Source of the DNA: a candidate division WWE3 bacterium UBA1379
GTDB taxonomy: Bacteria > Patescibacteriota > WWE3 > UBA101185 > UBA10185
Assembly: GCA_002305475.1 (NCBI GenBank)
Contig: DBRB01000003.1
Span: forward strand, 111,844 to 175,843
Direction of reading: 5' to 3'
Length of the DNA stretch: 64,000 nt
Shown here piece by piece: positions 20,301 to 28,331 of the stretch (position 1 is its first letter; each line of letters starts with the position of its first letter). The notes beneath the pieces are model-generated. The model was not told the origin of the DNA and did not search any database. It saw only the letters and a list, made by a program, of their open reading frames with translations. The position numbers were made by a program, and so were the translations under genes.

Positions 20301-20858
20301 CTTCTATTTACGTTCGTATTTCATCAACTATTATCTTTGAAAAATGATCGTTATATCTCCTCACTTGAATTACCTTTGACAATTCTGATAGTGTCATTGT
20401 TTTATTATTTATACACCAGACTGAATAATTATAAATGGGTGGTGCTTATCCTAGTCTTGTCTCTTTTTATCTGGCGTACATTTGATTTGTTACAACTTAA
20501 ACCAGATAAATATAATGAATTACGAAATTACTTATCACAACAGACAAATGATTTTACTGACGGGCAAAGGTCATATATTTACGGCTCAATCAGGAGCGGG
20601 AGATGGACATTCGCAGATCTTCCCGATACAGTAGTCACCAGAAAAGACTTTTTAATAAAATGTGATTTTCCAAACTTCAACTACATAGTTTTTGATCAGG
20701 AAGAGTTGCTTAAATCAGATAAGAATGAATTGATGGATTTTGTTCAATTGAATAAAGTTAGGTTTAATTACACAGAGATTGGAAATTTTGATATTTACGA
20801 AAAGATAGAGGGGGAATCACCGGAAGTTGTAGATAAGGTTTTTTGTAAAGTTATTTAG
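17298..20858 (+). CDS. 1186-aa fusion protein: an N-terminal YfhO-like GT-C module joined to a C-terminal PMT/GT39-like GT-C module
   Basis: The N-terminal half carries FFYPSAYYLYQQLISGKFPFWTERIFLGFPAFAMSEFAYLNPLRII. This resembles the YfhO family pattern as recalled from memory, not checked against a model (lksGelPfWs..lglG......y...sPf). The C-terminal half carries DEVLYLESGREYLSGNFENNLQHPLIGKYIAG, which matches PMT-family DE...HPPLgK. The true start may be the Met at 17328, because 17298 overlaps the divergent neighbour. Confidence 0.6.
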   Translation: MSFSLYTTNNMGDKENRQVPAINIREVVTLIIFSLIFLFVYRFDYFFSGKIVKGGDPEGFFYPSAYYLYQQLISGKFPFWTERIFLGFPAFAMSEFAYLNPLRIIGVLVFGPFAVFKFEHILFYLLGVIGIYGILKKTGVNILGIFVSIITYYFSFFHIYRTIHFNFLLTTYLLPINIFLIWSFITSNRLRYLLINALLVSITIYYGNYNAVALCLIPQILLFAVYITKVKILELVKGLMVMLFFISMFSMPAIMSTYSLYSQSTRGSGNLNFVDGSIAPILSLSVVYPFLLGYGENFIGQTINNNYYEHEIYFYFGIVSVLLAIIGYVFQERNSRVRLFLSLNIAIFFIFGFLEYLPFKTLLNVFPVNLFRYYVRTSFLGLLSVSIFSAIGLHILITNTDFKLTKTRIIRILVLCIIPFYYLLLDLINPGLIYSKQILAFIIRGGALYEKIWFTILVSSIIIFVFFLKQKKFRKIYTGVIIFLVIADLYFFTGIVGNELLIEKYIPDAPELGNTRVLYTNPEIIGNMPLYWNNWSVYGTSTTFESGLQKELYKSHGLKSIRRFDDSFRMDQLPAYSENLTKLGIEKVIVDDNTVLDLNNENNVFDKSIYGLTGNVIEAEEGHIKYEIDSDKRQEITTKIKNFTGWRVFINNIERKVTSTKDDLFIKFYLDMGKNIVEMQYFPLPLYRGLLISFCLLLVYLYFRLVRLDKIKKFILFISIVLSLAVFLYKSDYKSVFTDEVLYLESGREYLSGNFENNLQHPLIGKYIAGISDFTRSRDLSILRLPFVLLSFGTAIVTFMIISPVYGFYFGILGMLLYTTMPFTYISGRMILFESPMHFFWSLFHLYFLKYLKNRNLKTALVAGFFIGLSMGTKYTSIILYPFSLLIVLMVCGKKINIRQLLTMYISSAFVFGITWLHMVIKLGMPSLIIAAKEAKNIFFGRNEEGKIHVVNGKLYEKSPFWFYFYYIYHQYNPVQMIVSGLSVLAALFRRKYFENYWLIFLLFTFVFHQLLSLKNDRYISSLELPLTILIVSLFYYLYTRLNNYKWVVLILVLSLFIWRTFDLLQLKPDKYNELRNYLSQQTNDFTDGQRSYIYGSIRSGRWTFADLPDTVVTRKDFLIKCDFPNFNYIVFDQEELLKSDKNELMDFVQLNKVRFNYTEIGNFDIYEKIEGESPEVVDKVFCKVI

Positions 20859-20876
20859 GACTGCTAGAATTTTTCT

Positions 20877-22412
20877 ATGCTTCATAAAAGCGAAAATAAA
20901 CTATTCATTACCAGCGTTATATTATTTATCTTGTTATTACCCTTGTCATTATCTATTGATTTTATGCAGAATGATGACTGGGTTTATTATCGGATGGTAC
21001 AAAATTTTCTAAATGGTGATTTTATACTTGATCCAATATCAGCACCCACATTTTATTTACAGGGTATATTAGCAGCGTTATTTGCATTGTTATTCGGAAT
21101 AACAAAACTACCTGTTCTCACTTTGCTTATATCAGTAATTTCTTTTTATGTATTAGGTATAATTTTAATAAAGAGATTAAATCGAAAATTCTCGGATTCT
21201 CTACTTCTCTCTCTGCTTTTTTTCTTCAATCCGTTAAATATATATTCAATGTGGGGGTTTATGTCAGAGAATTACTTTTTATTATTTTTTCTGATTTCTG
21301 TTTATTTTATCTTGGGTTATGAACAGACAGGACACAAAAAGGATTTTATATTAGCTAATATCTTTATTATCCTGGGATTTTTTATCAGGCAGGTCTCATT
21401 TGTATTATCACTTACCTGGGCTGTTTATTTAGTTTTAAAAAAGCAATACAAAACAGCAATAATTCAATTTGGAATATTTGTCGGCCACTATATTTTTTAT
21501 CTTTACTTATTTCCCAAAACAGCGGAAATGTATGAAAAACCTCTGCAGTTTAAACATATATTAGAGCTTAATTATTCGTATTCATTAATTTATTCGATGT
21601 ATATGTATATATGTGCTTTACTTCTGCCTGTGGTGTTAATACTTATTTACCGTACCGTAATGAGTGATAAAAAAGTAATCAAAGTAATCATTTTTATCGG
21701 GTTGAGTGTATTTGCATACTACCTACTAAATAAATTCTTTAACCCGTCTCATCTTGCCTGGGGAGAATTTCCATATCTGGAAAATGTATGGGAAAGAAGA
21801 GGTTATTATCCAAGAAGCATAGGGGGAACAAAGTATTATTTTTATGGGATATTTGACCTGTATAGATATTGGGAAATATCTGCAAAAATTACTGTATCAG
21901 GATTAGTAGCTGCGATACTATTTAATTTCAAAAAACTAATCAATTATCCTTTCATTTTTATGATTGGTTACTTTGGTTTGATGATAGTAACCGAAAAAGT
22001 TTACGATAGATATCTGACAGTATTAATACCTATGTTTATTTTATTTGGAATTACAATAATACAAAGGTTAGAACGTATTGATTTACTACTATTATTACCT
22101 TTTATACTGTTCATGATGTTTTATACATATCAGTTTTCAATGGATTATATTTTTTTAAATAAATATATCTGGGATAAAAGCAGAAATATCGTAAACACAG
22201 AAAATATTCTTCCCGAAAAAATTCAGGGTGCAAATGCCTGGAAACTAAATTACAGAAATGAATCCAGAGAATATCTATATGATTTCTCATATGATTCACC
22301 GGATATTAATGAAGGCTATAAAAAGATATATGATTTAAAAGAGATTCATGAGATTGATTATCCATTAAATTTCTTTATTGATTCCAAGGTTTATTTATAT
22401 AGAAAAAAATGA
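20877..22412 (+). CDS. putative GT-C-fold membrane glycosyltransferase; paralog of 9184..10725
   Basis: The motif FMQNDDWVYY follows TM1. The protein is largely collinear with 9184..10725. Confidence 0.5.
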   Translation: MLHKSENKLFITSVILFILLLPLSLSIDFMQNDDWVYYRMVQNFLNGDFILDPISAPTFYLQGILAALFALLFGITKLPVLTLLISVISFYVLGIILIKRLNRKFSDSLLLSLLFFFNPLNIYSMWGFMSENYFLLFFLISVYFILGYEQTGHKKDFILANIFIILGFFIRQVSFVLSLTWAVYLVLKKQYKTAIIQFGIFVGHYIFYLYLFPKTAEMYEKPLQFKHILELNYSYSLIYSMYMYICALLLPVVLILIYRTVMSDKKVIKVIIFIGLSVFAYYLLNKFFNPSHLAWGEFPYLENVWERRGYYPRSIGGTKYYFYGIFDLYRYWEISAKITVSGLVAAILFNFKKLINYPFIFMIGYFGLMIVTEKVYDRYLTVLIPMFILFGITIIQRLERIDLLLLLPFILFMMFYTYQFSMDYIFLNKYIWDKSRNIVNTENILPEKIQGANAWKLNYRNESREYLYDFSYDSPDINEGYKKIYDLKEIHEIDYPLNFFIDSKVYLYRKK

Positions 22413-22454
22413 GGGAGTATAAATCATAGATTCATACCCCCAATTGAATTTTAT

Positions 22455-22760
22455 TTAACTGTGATCATGATGACCATGAAATACGATGGCCTCTAAGGTT
22501 TCATTAGAAGTGAGTTTTCCTCCTGTGGAAATGAAATCCATAAGAGATAAATTTAAATGTTCCTCACAATCAGGAGTGAATCTGAATCTTATATCCTCAC
22601 CGACTTTTTGACCGTTATCATTCACCACTAAAGTGATAATATGCATGTGGTGTGGTTCTTCTTTTAATACCTGGCCAGCTGTGTCAAGTAAATCACTCAT
22701 CTTTTTGTGGGGATCGGGAAATTCTAATTTAAACCTTGGTGATGTAAACCTTATATGCAT
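22455..22760 (-). CDS. hypothetical protein
   Basis: The 101-aa ORF is His-rich at both ends (HHMHI, HGHHDHS). No motif was recognised. Confidence 0.4.
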   Translation of the reverse strand: MHIRFTSPRFKLEFPDPHKKMSDLLDTAGQVLKEEPHHMHIITLVVNDNGQKVGEDIRFRFTPDCEEHLNLSLMDFISTGGKLTSNETLEAIVFHGHHDHS

Positions 22761-23117
22761 GACACATCTTCTCCTTAATGCTGATTTGTATTATATTGTC
22801 TTTTCCTGAGAGATTAACCACTTAATATGGTTTATTAAAGTGTATGAGGGAATAGAATTAGAATCCACTAAAATTCATAGGAATACTGATGCTAAAATGT
22901 CCAATCATATATAAATCTATATATTTCAATGATAGAAGCTCGTATCCGATAATGACGAAAATGATAATCTATTTATAATGGTAAATGTACCTGAAGGAAA
23001 TTCCATAATTGGTATGAAATTTATACCTCTGATAATATAATACTCACTGTAAATCAGTGCGGTAATGACTGGAATGACTTCTATCTATCTTTATGTATTT
23101 GTGAGAAAGCACACAAA

Positions 23118-23864
23118 ATGAATATTAACGAATATAAAATAATGGCAGATCTCGAGAAGGAATATTGGTGGCATAAAGGAAAAGTACATCTGATTGAAGC
23201 AATGATAAAAAAGTATTTCGGATCAAATCGGGAAAATCCTATAGAAATAATGGAAATAGGATGTGGTACCGGCGGTGTAACATCAATCCTGCTTAATTAT
23301 GGCAATGTGACAGCCATTGATATATCAGAGGAAGCAGTAACTCTTAATAAAGAGTCAGGGGTTAAAAATGCTTTTTGCGGTGATGTTAATGATATGGATT
23401 TATCACCTTATGAGAAGAAATTTGATTTGATTCTAGCATTAGATGTATTGGAACATATACAGGATGATATAGAAGCCATGAGAAGAGTTCATTATATGCT
23501 TAAGGATAACGGAATGTTTTTCATTAATGTTCCGGCTCATAAATTTTTGTGGAGTGAGCATGATGAAGCTTTGCATCATAAACGCAGATATCATTCATTC
23601 GAAATGATAAGTAAATTGAAGGATACATCTTTCACCATCTTAAAGAAATCATACTTTGTAACTTTTACCTCTCCGATAATAATTCTTTATAGAATATGGG
23701 GTAATTTATTCGGGAAATCTGCCTATCCAAAAACATCATATGTAATGCTGCCAGAAATTATTAACAATTTTTTTATTAACATTTTGAAGTTGGAAGTAAA
23801 GATGGTTGAAAAATTTAATCTGCCCTTTGGTGTAACGCTTACCGTTGTTGCTCGAAAAAAATAA
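23118..23864 (+). CDS. class I SAM-dependent methyltransferase
   Basis: Motif I IMEIGCGTGG is present, as is the post-I acidic residue (AIDISEE) and motif II LILALDVLEH. Confidence 0.8.
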   Translation: MNINEYKIMADLEKEYWWHKGKVHLIEAMIKKYFGSNRENPIEIMEIGCGTGGVTSILLNYGNVTAIDISEEAVTLNKESGVKNAFCGDVNDMDLSPYEKKFDLILALDVLEHIQDDIEAMRRVHYMLKDNGMFFINVPAHKFLWSEHDEALHHKRRYHSFEMISKLKDTSFTILKKSYFVTFTSPIIILYRIWGNLFGKSAYPKTSYVMLPEIINNFFINILKLEVKMVEKFNLPFGVTLTVVARKK

Positions 23865-23869
23865 TATCA

Positions 23870-25426
23870 CTATTTTTTCTTATATATGGTTACATCCGAC
23901 AACGGGATTAGATTAGGCTTTGGAAGTTCAAATACTTTTTCTAACTGATACTCACCTGAATAAACCACAGTATATTCGAACTCATCCCATCTACTGACAT
24001 AAAACGGGTATGCTTTACGAACTTCTTTTCTCTTAAAGTTTTCCATCGGTCTGGATGACAGAATTATATAATCATAACCGATGGGATATTCCGGCATGAA
24101 AAATTGAGCGGACTCGGAAGTATATACCTGATATCGGATAACTCTTGCACCGGGTAGTTTATTCATCGGATCCAGCCCTTCTTCTGTATAGATCAGTTTA
24201 TTTGCAGAAGTCGGTACATTATCCCTCATCCAAAGATATGCTTCCGATTTTGGTGTGTGTCTTTGAAATTGAAAAAGAAGCAATGTTGGGAAGTAAAGAT
24301 AAGTAATCAAAGTCATTATTCCTCCCGTAATAGCTGCAGCTTTTAAATATCCGTTATTTTCTTTTAGTAAATCCCAGATTCTGATAAATCCATAAGAAGC
24401 ATACACCATTACAATTGGAATAATCGGTAGTAGCCAACGGTCTACTCTTCTGGACTGTATGGAGTAAAACAGAAGATAGAAAATTATGTGCCCTATTAAA
24501 AAGATGTGAATGGGAAATATTTCATTATTCTTTTCCTCTTTTATTTTGATGTAAGTTCCGTAAATAGATGAAATCAAAATAGGTATGGTAGATATAAATC
24601 CAAGGGCAAAAATATATTTGAATGGGTTTGAATCTACCGAATCAAAAACCATACCCGCTTCTTTAAAAAGCATCTCATAAATTCTAAAAACAAAATTATT
24701 GGCAAATATAAGGGCAAACGGATTGGTGATAACAAAAACTCCGTATATGAGAAAAAGAAAACCAAACATACCCCTGGGATCTTTTCTTTTTACATAGAGA
24801 TAAATGTATAAAGGTAATGTTAGTAAAGCCGTAATTTTTGTACCAACAGCCAGTCCGACAAGAAGACCATTAAACCAGGTATATCTAGATTTTTGAGGAT
24901 TTTCATAGTACAAGAGTGCAGAAACAAATGAGAGTGATAATAAAATAGTAAGTATTATATCTGCATTAATATAGTGAGCATGCACGATTAGTTTCCAGTT
25001 AAGAGTAGTAAGAATGAAAGATATAAAGGCAACCTTTTTATTTTTAGTGAGTATCCATGCTATAAGAGATGTAACAGGCATTATTGATAGTGAAAGAATT
25101 GAATTAATTACACGCATAAAGACATAAAGCGTGGTTTTATCAAACGATATATTAAAAAGATTCAAACCTTTACTAAAAAGCATTACTGTAATGGTGAAAA
25201 AGTATGAGGGAAAAGAACCGTATACATAAGAGATGGGTATCAGTTTGTAGTAGTCCTTTTTTTCAACAATACTTCTGATTTCATAAGTATATTTTATGGC
25301 CAGTTCTGCAATTTCCGGTTCATCAGCATAAAAACTATGAGGAAGACCAAATTCTATATGCCACAACCTAAAAAATATTCCGAGGAGAGATATTAATAAT
25401 ATGATTAAGAGGATGCTTTTCCTCAT
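23870..25426 (-). CDS. GT-C-like membrane glycosyltransferase; paralog of 13573..15108
   Basis: The motif FYADEPEIAELAIKY follows TM1. The 518-aa protein has more than 10 TMs. Confidence 0.5.
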   Translation of the reverse strand: MRKSILLIILLISLLGIFFRLWHIEFGLPHSFYADEPEIAELAIKYTYEIRSIVEKKDYYKLIPISYVYGSFPSYFFTITVMLFSKGLNLFNISFDKTTLYVFMRVINSILSLSIMPVTSLIAWILTKNKKVAFISFILTTLNWKLIVHAHYINADIILTILLSLSFVSALLYYENPQKSRYTWFNGLLVGLAVGTKITALLTLPLYIYLYVKRKDPRGMFGFLFLIYGVFVITNPFALIFANNFVFRIYEMLFKEAGMVFDSVDSNPFKYIFALGFISTIPILISSIYGTYIKIKEEKNNEIFPIHIFLIGHIIFYLLFYSIQSRRVDRWLLPIIPIVMVYASYGFIRIWDLLKENNGYLKAAAITGGIMTLITYLYFPTLLLFQFQRHTPKSEAYLWMRDNVPTSANKLIYTEEGLDPMNKLPGARVIRYQVYTSESAQFFMPEYPIGYDYIILSSRPMENFKRKEVRKAYPFYVSRWDEFEYTVVYSGEYQLEKVFELPKPNLIPLSDVTIYKKK

Positions 25427-25513
25427 AGAGATATTATAACCTTAATTTTGAAAAACTATTTAATAGAAAAAATAAATCCCCGCCTGATATTACATTGGCG
25501 GGGTTAATAATTT

Positions 25514-25935
25514 TTAAGGATCTGAAATTATCGTTACAATAACACACTGGACATATTTACTTTCTTTTAAGTTGGATCGTTTATGAACACCAGGTATCTG
25601 GTTTTGTTTGAGATCCTTTCCATCTACGCCAAAGCATTTTCTAGTTCTCATAATTCTGACGCAATATCCACTCGTATTGTTTGTACATACTATAGCCTCG
25701 GTGTTGATCCAAACAGTACCTTCTATTCCAAATCTTAATGCATCAGGTTGTACATACGCGACTTCATTTATTTTTAATTGACTCAAATTAAAATATTCAA
25801 TTTTTGCTGTACTTCTCCTGCCACTATTTAAAGGGATCGGATCTCCGATAAAGTGTTTTTCACAGAGAATACCTGATTTTATATCTATGCCGCAATGAAC
25901 ACACTTGCCATTGTCGAATATTTTTCTCCGTCCAT
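25514..25935 (-). pseudogene. probable frameshifted gene for a zinc-ribbon-containing small protein; the frameshift sits in a T5/A5 homopolymer at 25921..25925
   Basis: An ATG at 25933..25935 (minus strand) has a GAAAGGAG Shine-Dalgarno 6 nt upstream and begins MDGEK. After a -1 shift in the A5 run, the reading frame continues without a stop as IFDNGKCVHCGIDIKSGILCEKHF...RRSTAKIEYFNLSQLKINEVAY... into the annotated 90-aa ORF. That ORF would otherwise need a TTG start. Confidence 0.35.
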
Positions 25936-25979
25936 GTCTACTCCTTTCATAATTACGATAATTCCACTATTATGATGAT

Positions 25980-27413
25980 ATGACTAGAAGAACACAGATA
26001 GGATTTATTGTGCTGCTTCTTCTCTTTCTAGCTCTTAGAATACCATATTTGGGGTGGGATTTATCAAATTCCGATGCAGCTAGATGGCATCGAAGATCCG
26101 AACGCTTCTTAACAGCAGTCAAGCAAATGTCCTTTGGTGATACATACCAGCATTATCAGCCGGGAGTTACCTTGATGTGGCTGGGTGCGGTAATTAAACA
26201 GGTCACACATACGTATTCATTAACTGAAAATGCTGATTACTATCCAATAATACACGGTTATATAAAGACAGCCTTAGTTATTATTCTCTTTATTATATTA
26301 ATTATTCAATCACTATTAATCCGTAAACTTTTCGGAAATGAGACGTCGTTATTCTATATAGGTCTAATGGCAGTAGAACCGTACTTAATAGGAATAGACC
26401 GGTGGATGCATCTTACTTCATTAGAAACGTATCTGGCTTTCACAGCATTTCTCCTTATTCTGTACTGGAGAAAAAACAGTAAAACATGGTATCTAGTTCT
26501 ATCCTCTGTCTTTTTATCTTTAGCCTTTTTGTCAAAACTGACTTCTCTTTCGGTATTACCTCTCATCTTTCTTGTGATCTATTTTAGGGAAAGAAAAATT
26601 AATGGAAAATTTATACAGCAAGGTCTTTTATTTTTAGCAGGATTTTTTGTGACATCGATATTATTGTTCCCAGCATTATGGGTGCAGCTAATTGAAGTAC
26701 TGATGAAACTGTTTTCTGCAATTTCCGGAGCTGTAGGAGATGATATCAGAGGTCAATATTTCACTGGTTGGTTCTCACTTGTTTATTATGTGGTTATTCT
26801 GGCATTCAAATTATCACCAATTACTTTATCCTTGCTGTTGTTTGCATTGTTAATAAGAAAACATCTTTGGAAAAACTATCAATGGATTTATATCTACTTC
26901 CTATTCTCTCTGCTTGTCCTGACGGTATCAGAGAAAAAAATTGATCGATACAGCATCTTTCTCTTCCCTTCTCTGATTCTGCTTTCTGCAGCAGCTATGT
27001 CACTGCTAAATAAGTATCGATACATATTGTATGCTGGTATCTTTCTTTATACGGTGTGTGTAGTATATTTCTTCTATCCCGTTTATTCGGCATACTACTC
27101 CCCTGCTTTTGGTGGTACACAACAGGCAATAAAAGTTGGAGTATATGAAAATAGCGGAGAATATTTTTCCGATGCTGCTTTCTACTTAAATACTTTAGGA
27201 AGGGACAACTATCTGTATGTTCCGAATAATTATGAGTCTATCTCATATTTCTATAAAGGAAAAATGCAAAGAGAATACAATGATCAGACAACTCATATGG
27301 TAACTTCCCTGGATTTTGACAGACCACTGGCAGAAAACAGACTATGCCCACAACTTGTCAAGTCTTTTGGGTCAAGGGATATGGAAGTTGTGTTTGTCTG
27401 GAAGTGTCGGTAA
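25980..27413 (+). CDS. GT-C glycosyltransferase, ArnT/PMT_2-like
   Basis: The motif GWDLSNSDAARWHRRSERFLTAV...QHYQPGVTLMWLGA aligns with the ArnT DEARY...KPPLLYWL pattern. The 477-aa protein has more than 10 TMs. Confidence 0.55.
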   Translation: MTRRTQIGFIVLLLLFLALRIPYLGWDLSNSDAARWHRRSERFLTAVKQMSFGDTYQHYQPGVTLMWLGAVIKQVTHTYSLTENADYYPIIHGYIKTALVIILFIILIIQSLLIRKLFGNETSLFYIGLMAVEPYLIGIDRWMHLTSLETYLAFTAFLLILYWRKNSKTWYLVLSSVFLSLAFLSKLTSLSVLPLIFLVIYFRERKINGKFIQQGLLFLAGFFVTSILLFPALWVQLIEVLMKLFSAISGAVGDDIRGQYFTGWFSLVYYVVILAFKLSPITLSLLLFALLIRKHLWKNYQWIYIYFLFSLLVLTVSEKKIDRYSIFLFPSLILLSAAAMSLLNKYRYILYAGIFLYTVCVVYFFYPVYSAYYSPAFGGTQQAIKVGVYENSGEYFSDAAFYLNTLGRDNYLYVPNNYESISYFYKGKMQREYNDQTTHMVTSLDFDRPLAENRLCPQLVKSFGSRDMEVVFVWKCR

Positions 27414-27422
27414 ACTAGGATT

Positions 27423-28331
27423 ATGCCGTTATTATCAACCATTATCGTAAATTACAACACAAAAGATTTACTTGAAAAATGTGTCAGAAATTTATTGGAA
27501 GTGTATCCTGATCAGGAAATTATTGTAGTGGATAACGGATCATCGGATGGTTCAGCGGATATGTTATCACTCGAATTTTCTTCTAAAATATCCTCTAATA
27601 AATTATGTCTGATAAGAGCTGAAAATAATGGTTTGGCATCAGGACAAAATCTTGGTTTAAAAAAAGCTGGCGGGAAATATATTCTATATATCGGTACTGA
27701 TGCTTTTCCAAAAAAAGGTGATATAGATGGGATTATTCAATACATGGATGAACATTCTGATGTGGGTATTGTTACACCAAAACTTGTTTTAAGAAACGGG
27801 GAGGTTGATATGCATGCACATAGAGGATTTCCTACTCCCTGGGCATCATTAACATACTTTTCCAGACTGTCAAAAATATTTCCTAAATCGCGTCTTTTTA
27901 ATCAGTACTATCTGGGATATCTGAATATGGACGAACCGCATGAAATTGATTTATGTATATCTCACTTTATGGTAGTAAACCGTAAAGTACATGAAATAAT
28001 CGGAGAATGGGATGAAAGTTTTTTCCTTTACGGTGAGGATGTGGATTTTTGCTACCGGACAAAAGAAGCCGGATTTAAAATCATGTACTTACCTAATTTT
28101 GAAGTTCTCCATTATAAAGGAGCAAGTGTTGGAATTCGAAAAGAGACACAGGATATATCCTCCGCTTCAGCAGAAACGAGAAAAAGAATGAAACTGGAAA
28201 CTACTAAAGCCATGAGAATATTTTATGAAAAACATTATTTGAAGAAATATCCCATGTGGTTAAACAGAATGGTACTGTTAGGAACGGATGTTCTGCGCTG
28301 GGCACGGATGAGAGGATGGTTTCTAAGTTAA
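27423..28331 (+). CDS. GT2-family glycosyltransferase with a GT-A fold (rhamnosyl/galactofuranosyl-transferase-like)
   Basis: The N-terminus TIIVNYNTKDLL...IIVVDNGSSDGS is present, as are a DxD-like YIGTDAF and the acidic motif YGEDVDFCYR. Confidence 0.8.
   Translation: MPLLSTIIVNYNTKDLLEKCVRNLLEVYPDQEIIVVDNGSSDGSADMLSLEFSSKISSNKLCLIRAENNGLASGQNLGLKKAGGKYILYIGTDAFPKKGDIDGIIQYMDEHSDVGIVTPKLVLRNGEVDMHAHRGFPTPWASLTYFSRLSKIFPKSRLFNQYYLGYLNMDEPHEIDLCISHFMVVNRKVHEIIGEWDESFFLYGEDVDFCYRTKEAGFKIMYLPNFEVLHYKGASVGIRKETQDISSASAETRKRMKLETTKAMRIFYEKHYLKKYPMWLNRMVLLGTDVLRWARMRGWFLS

Noticed and set aside
22413-22454. Hairpin between convergent genes (GGGAGTAT...ATACCCC)
   Set aside because: The stem is imperfect, with a 1-nt bulge. 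It is not followed by a clear T-run on either strand. The evidence is too weak to call a terminator.
22761-23117. SAM riboswitch or other leader RNA in the 357-nt gap upstream of the methyltransferase
   Set aside because: None of the conserved SAM-I/II/III sequence blocks or an obvious multi-stem architecture was recognised. This is probably a plain AT-rich promoter region.
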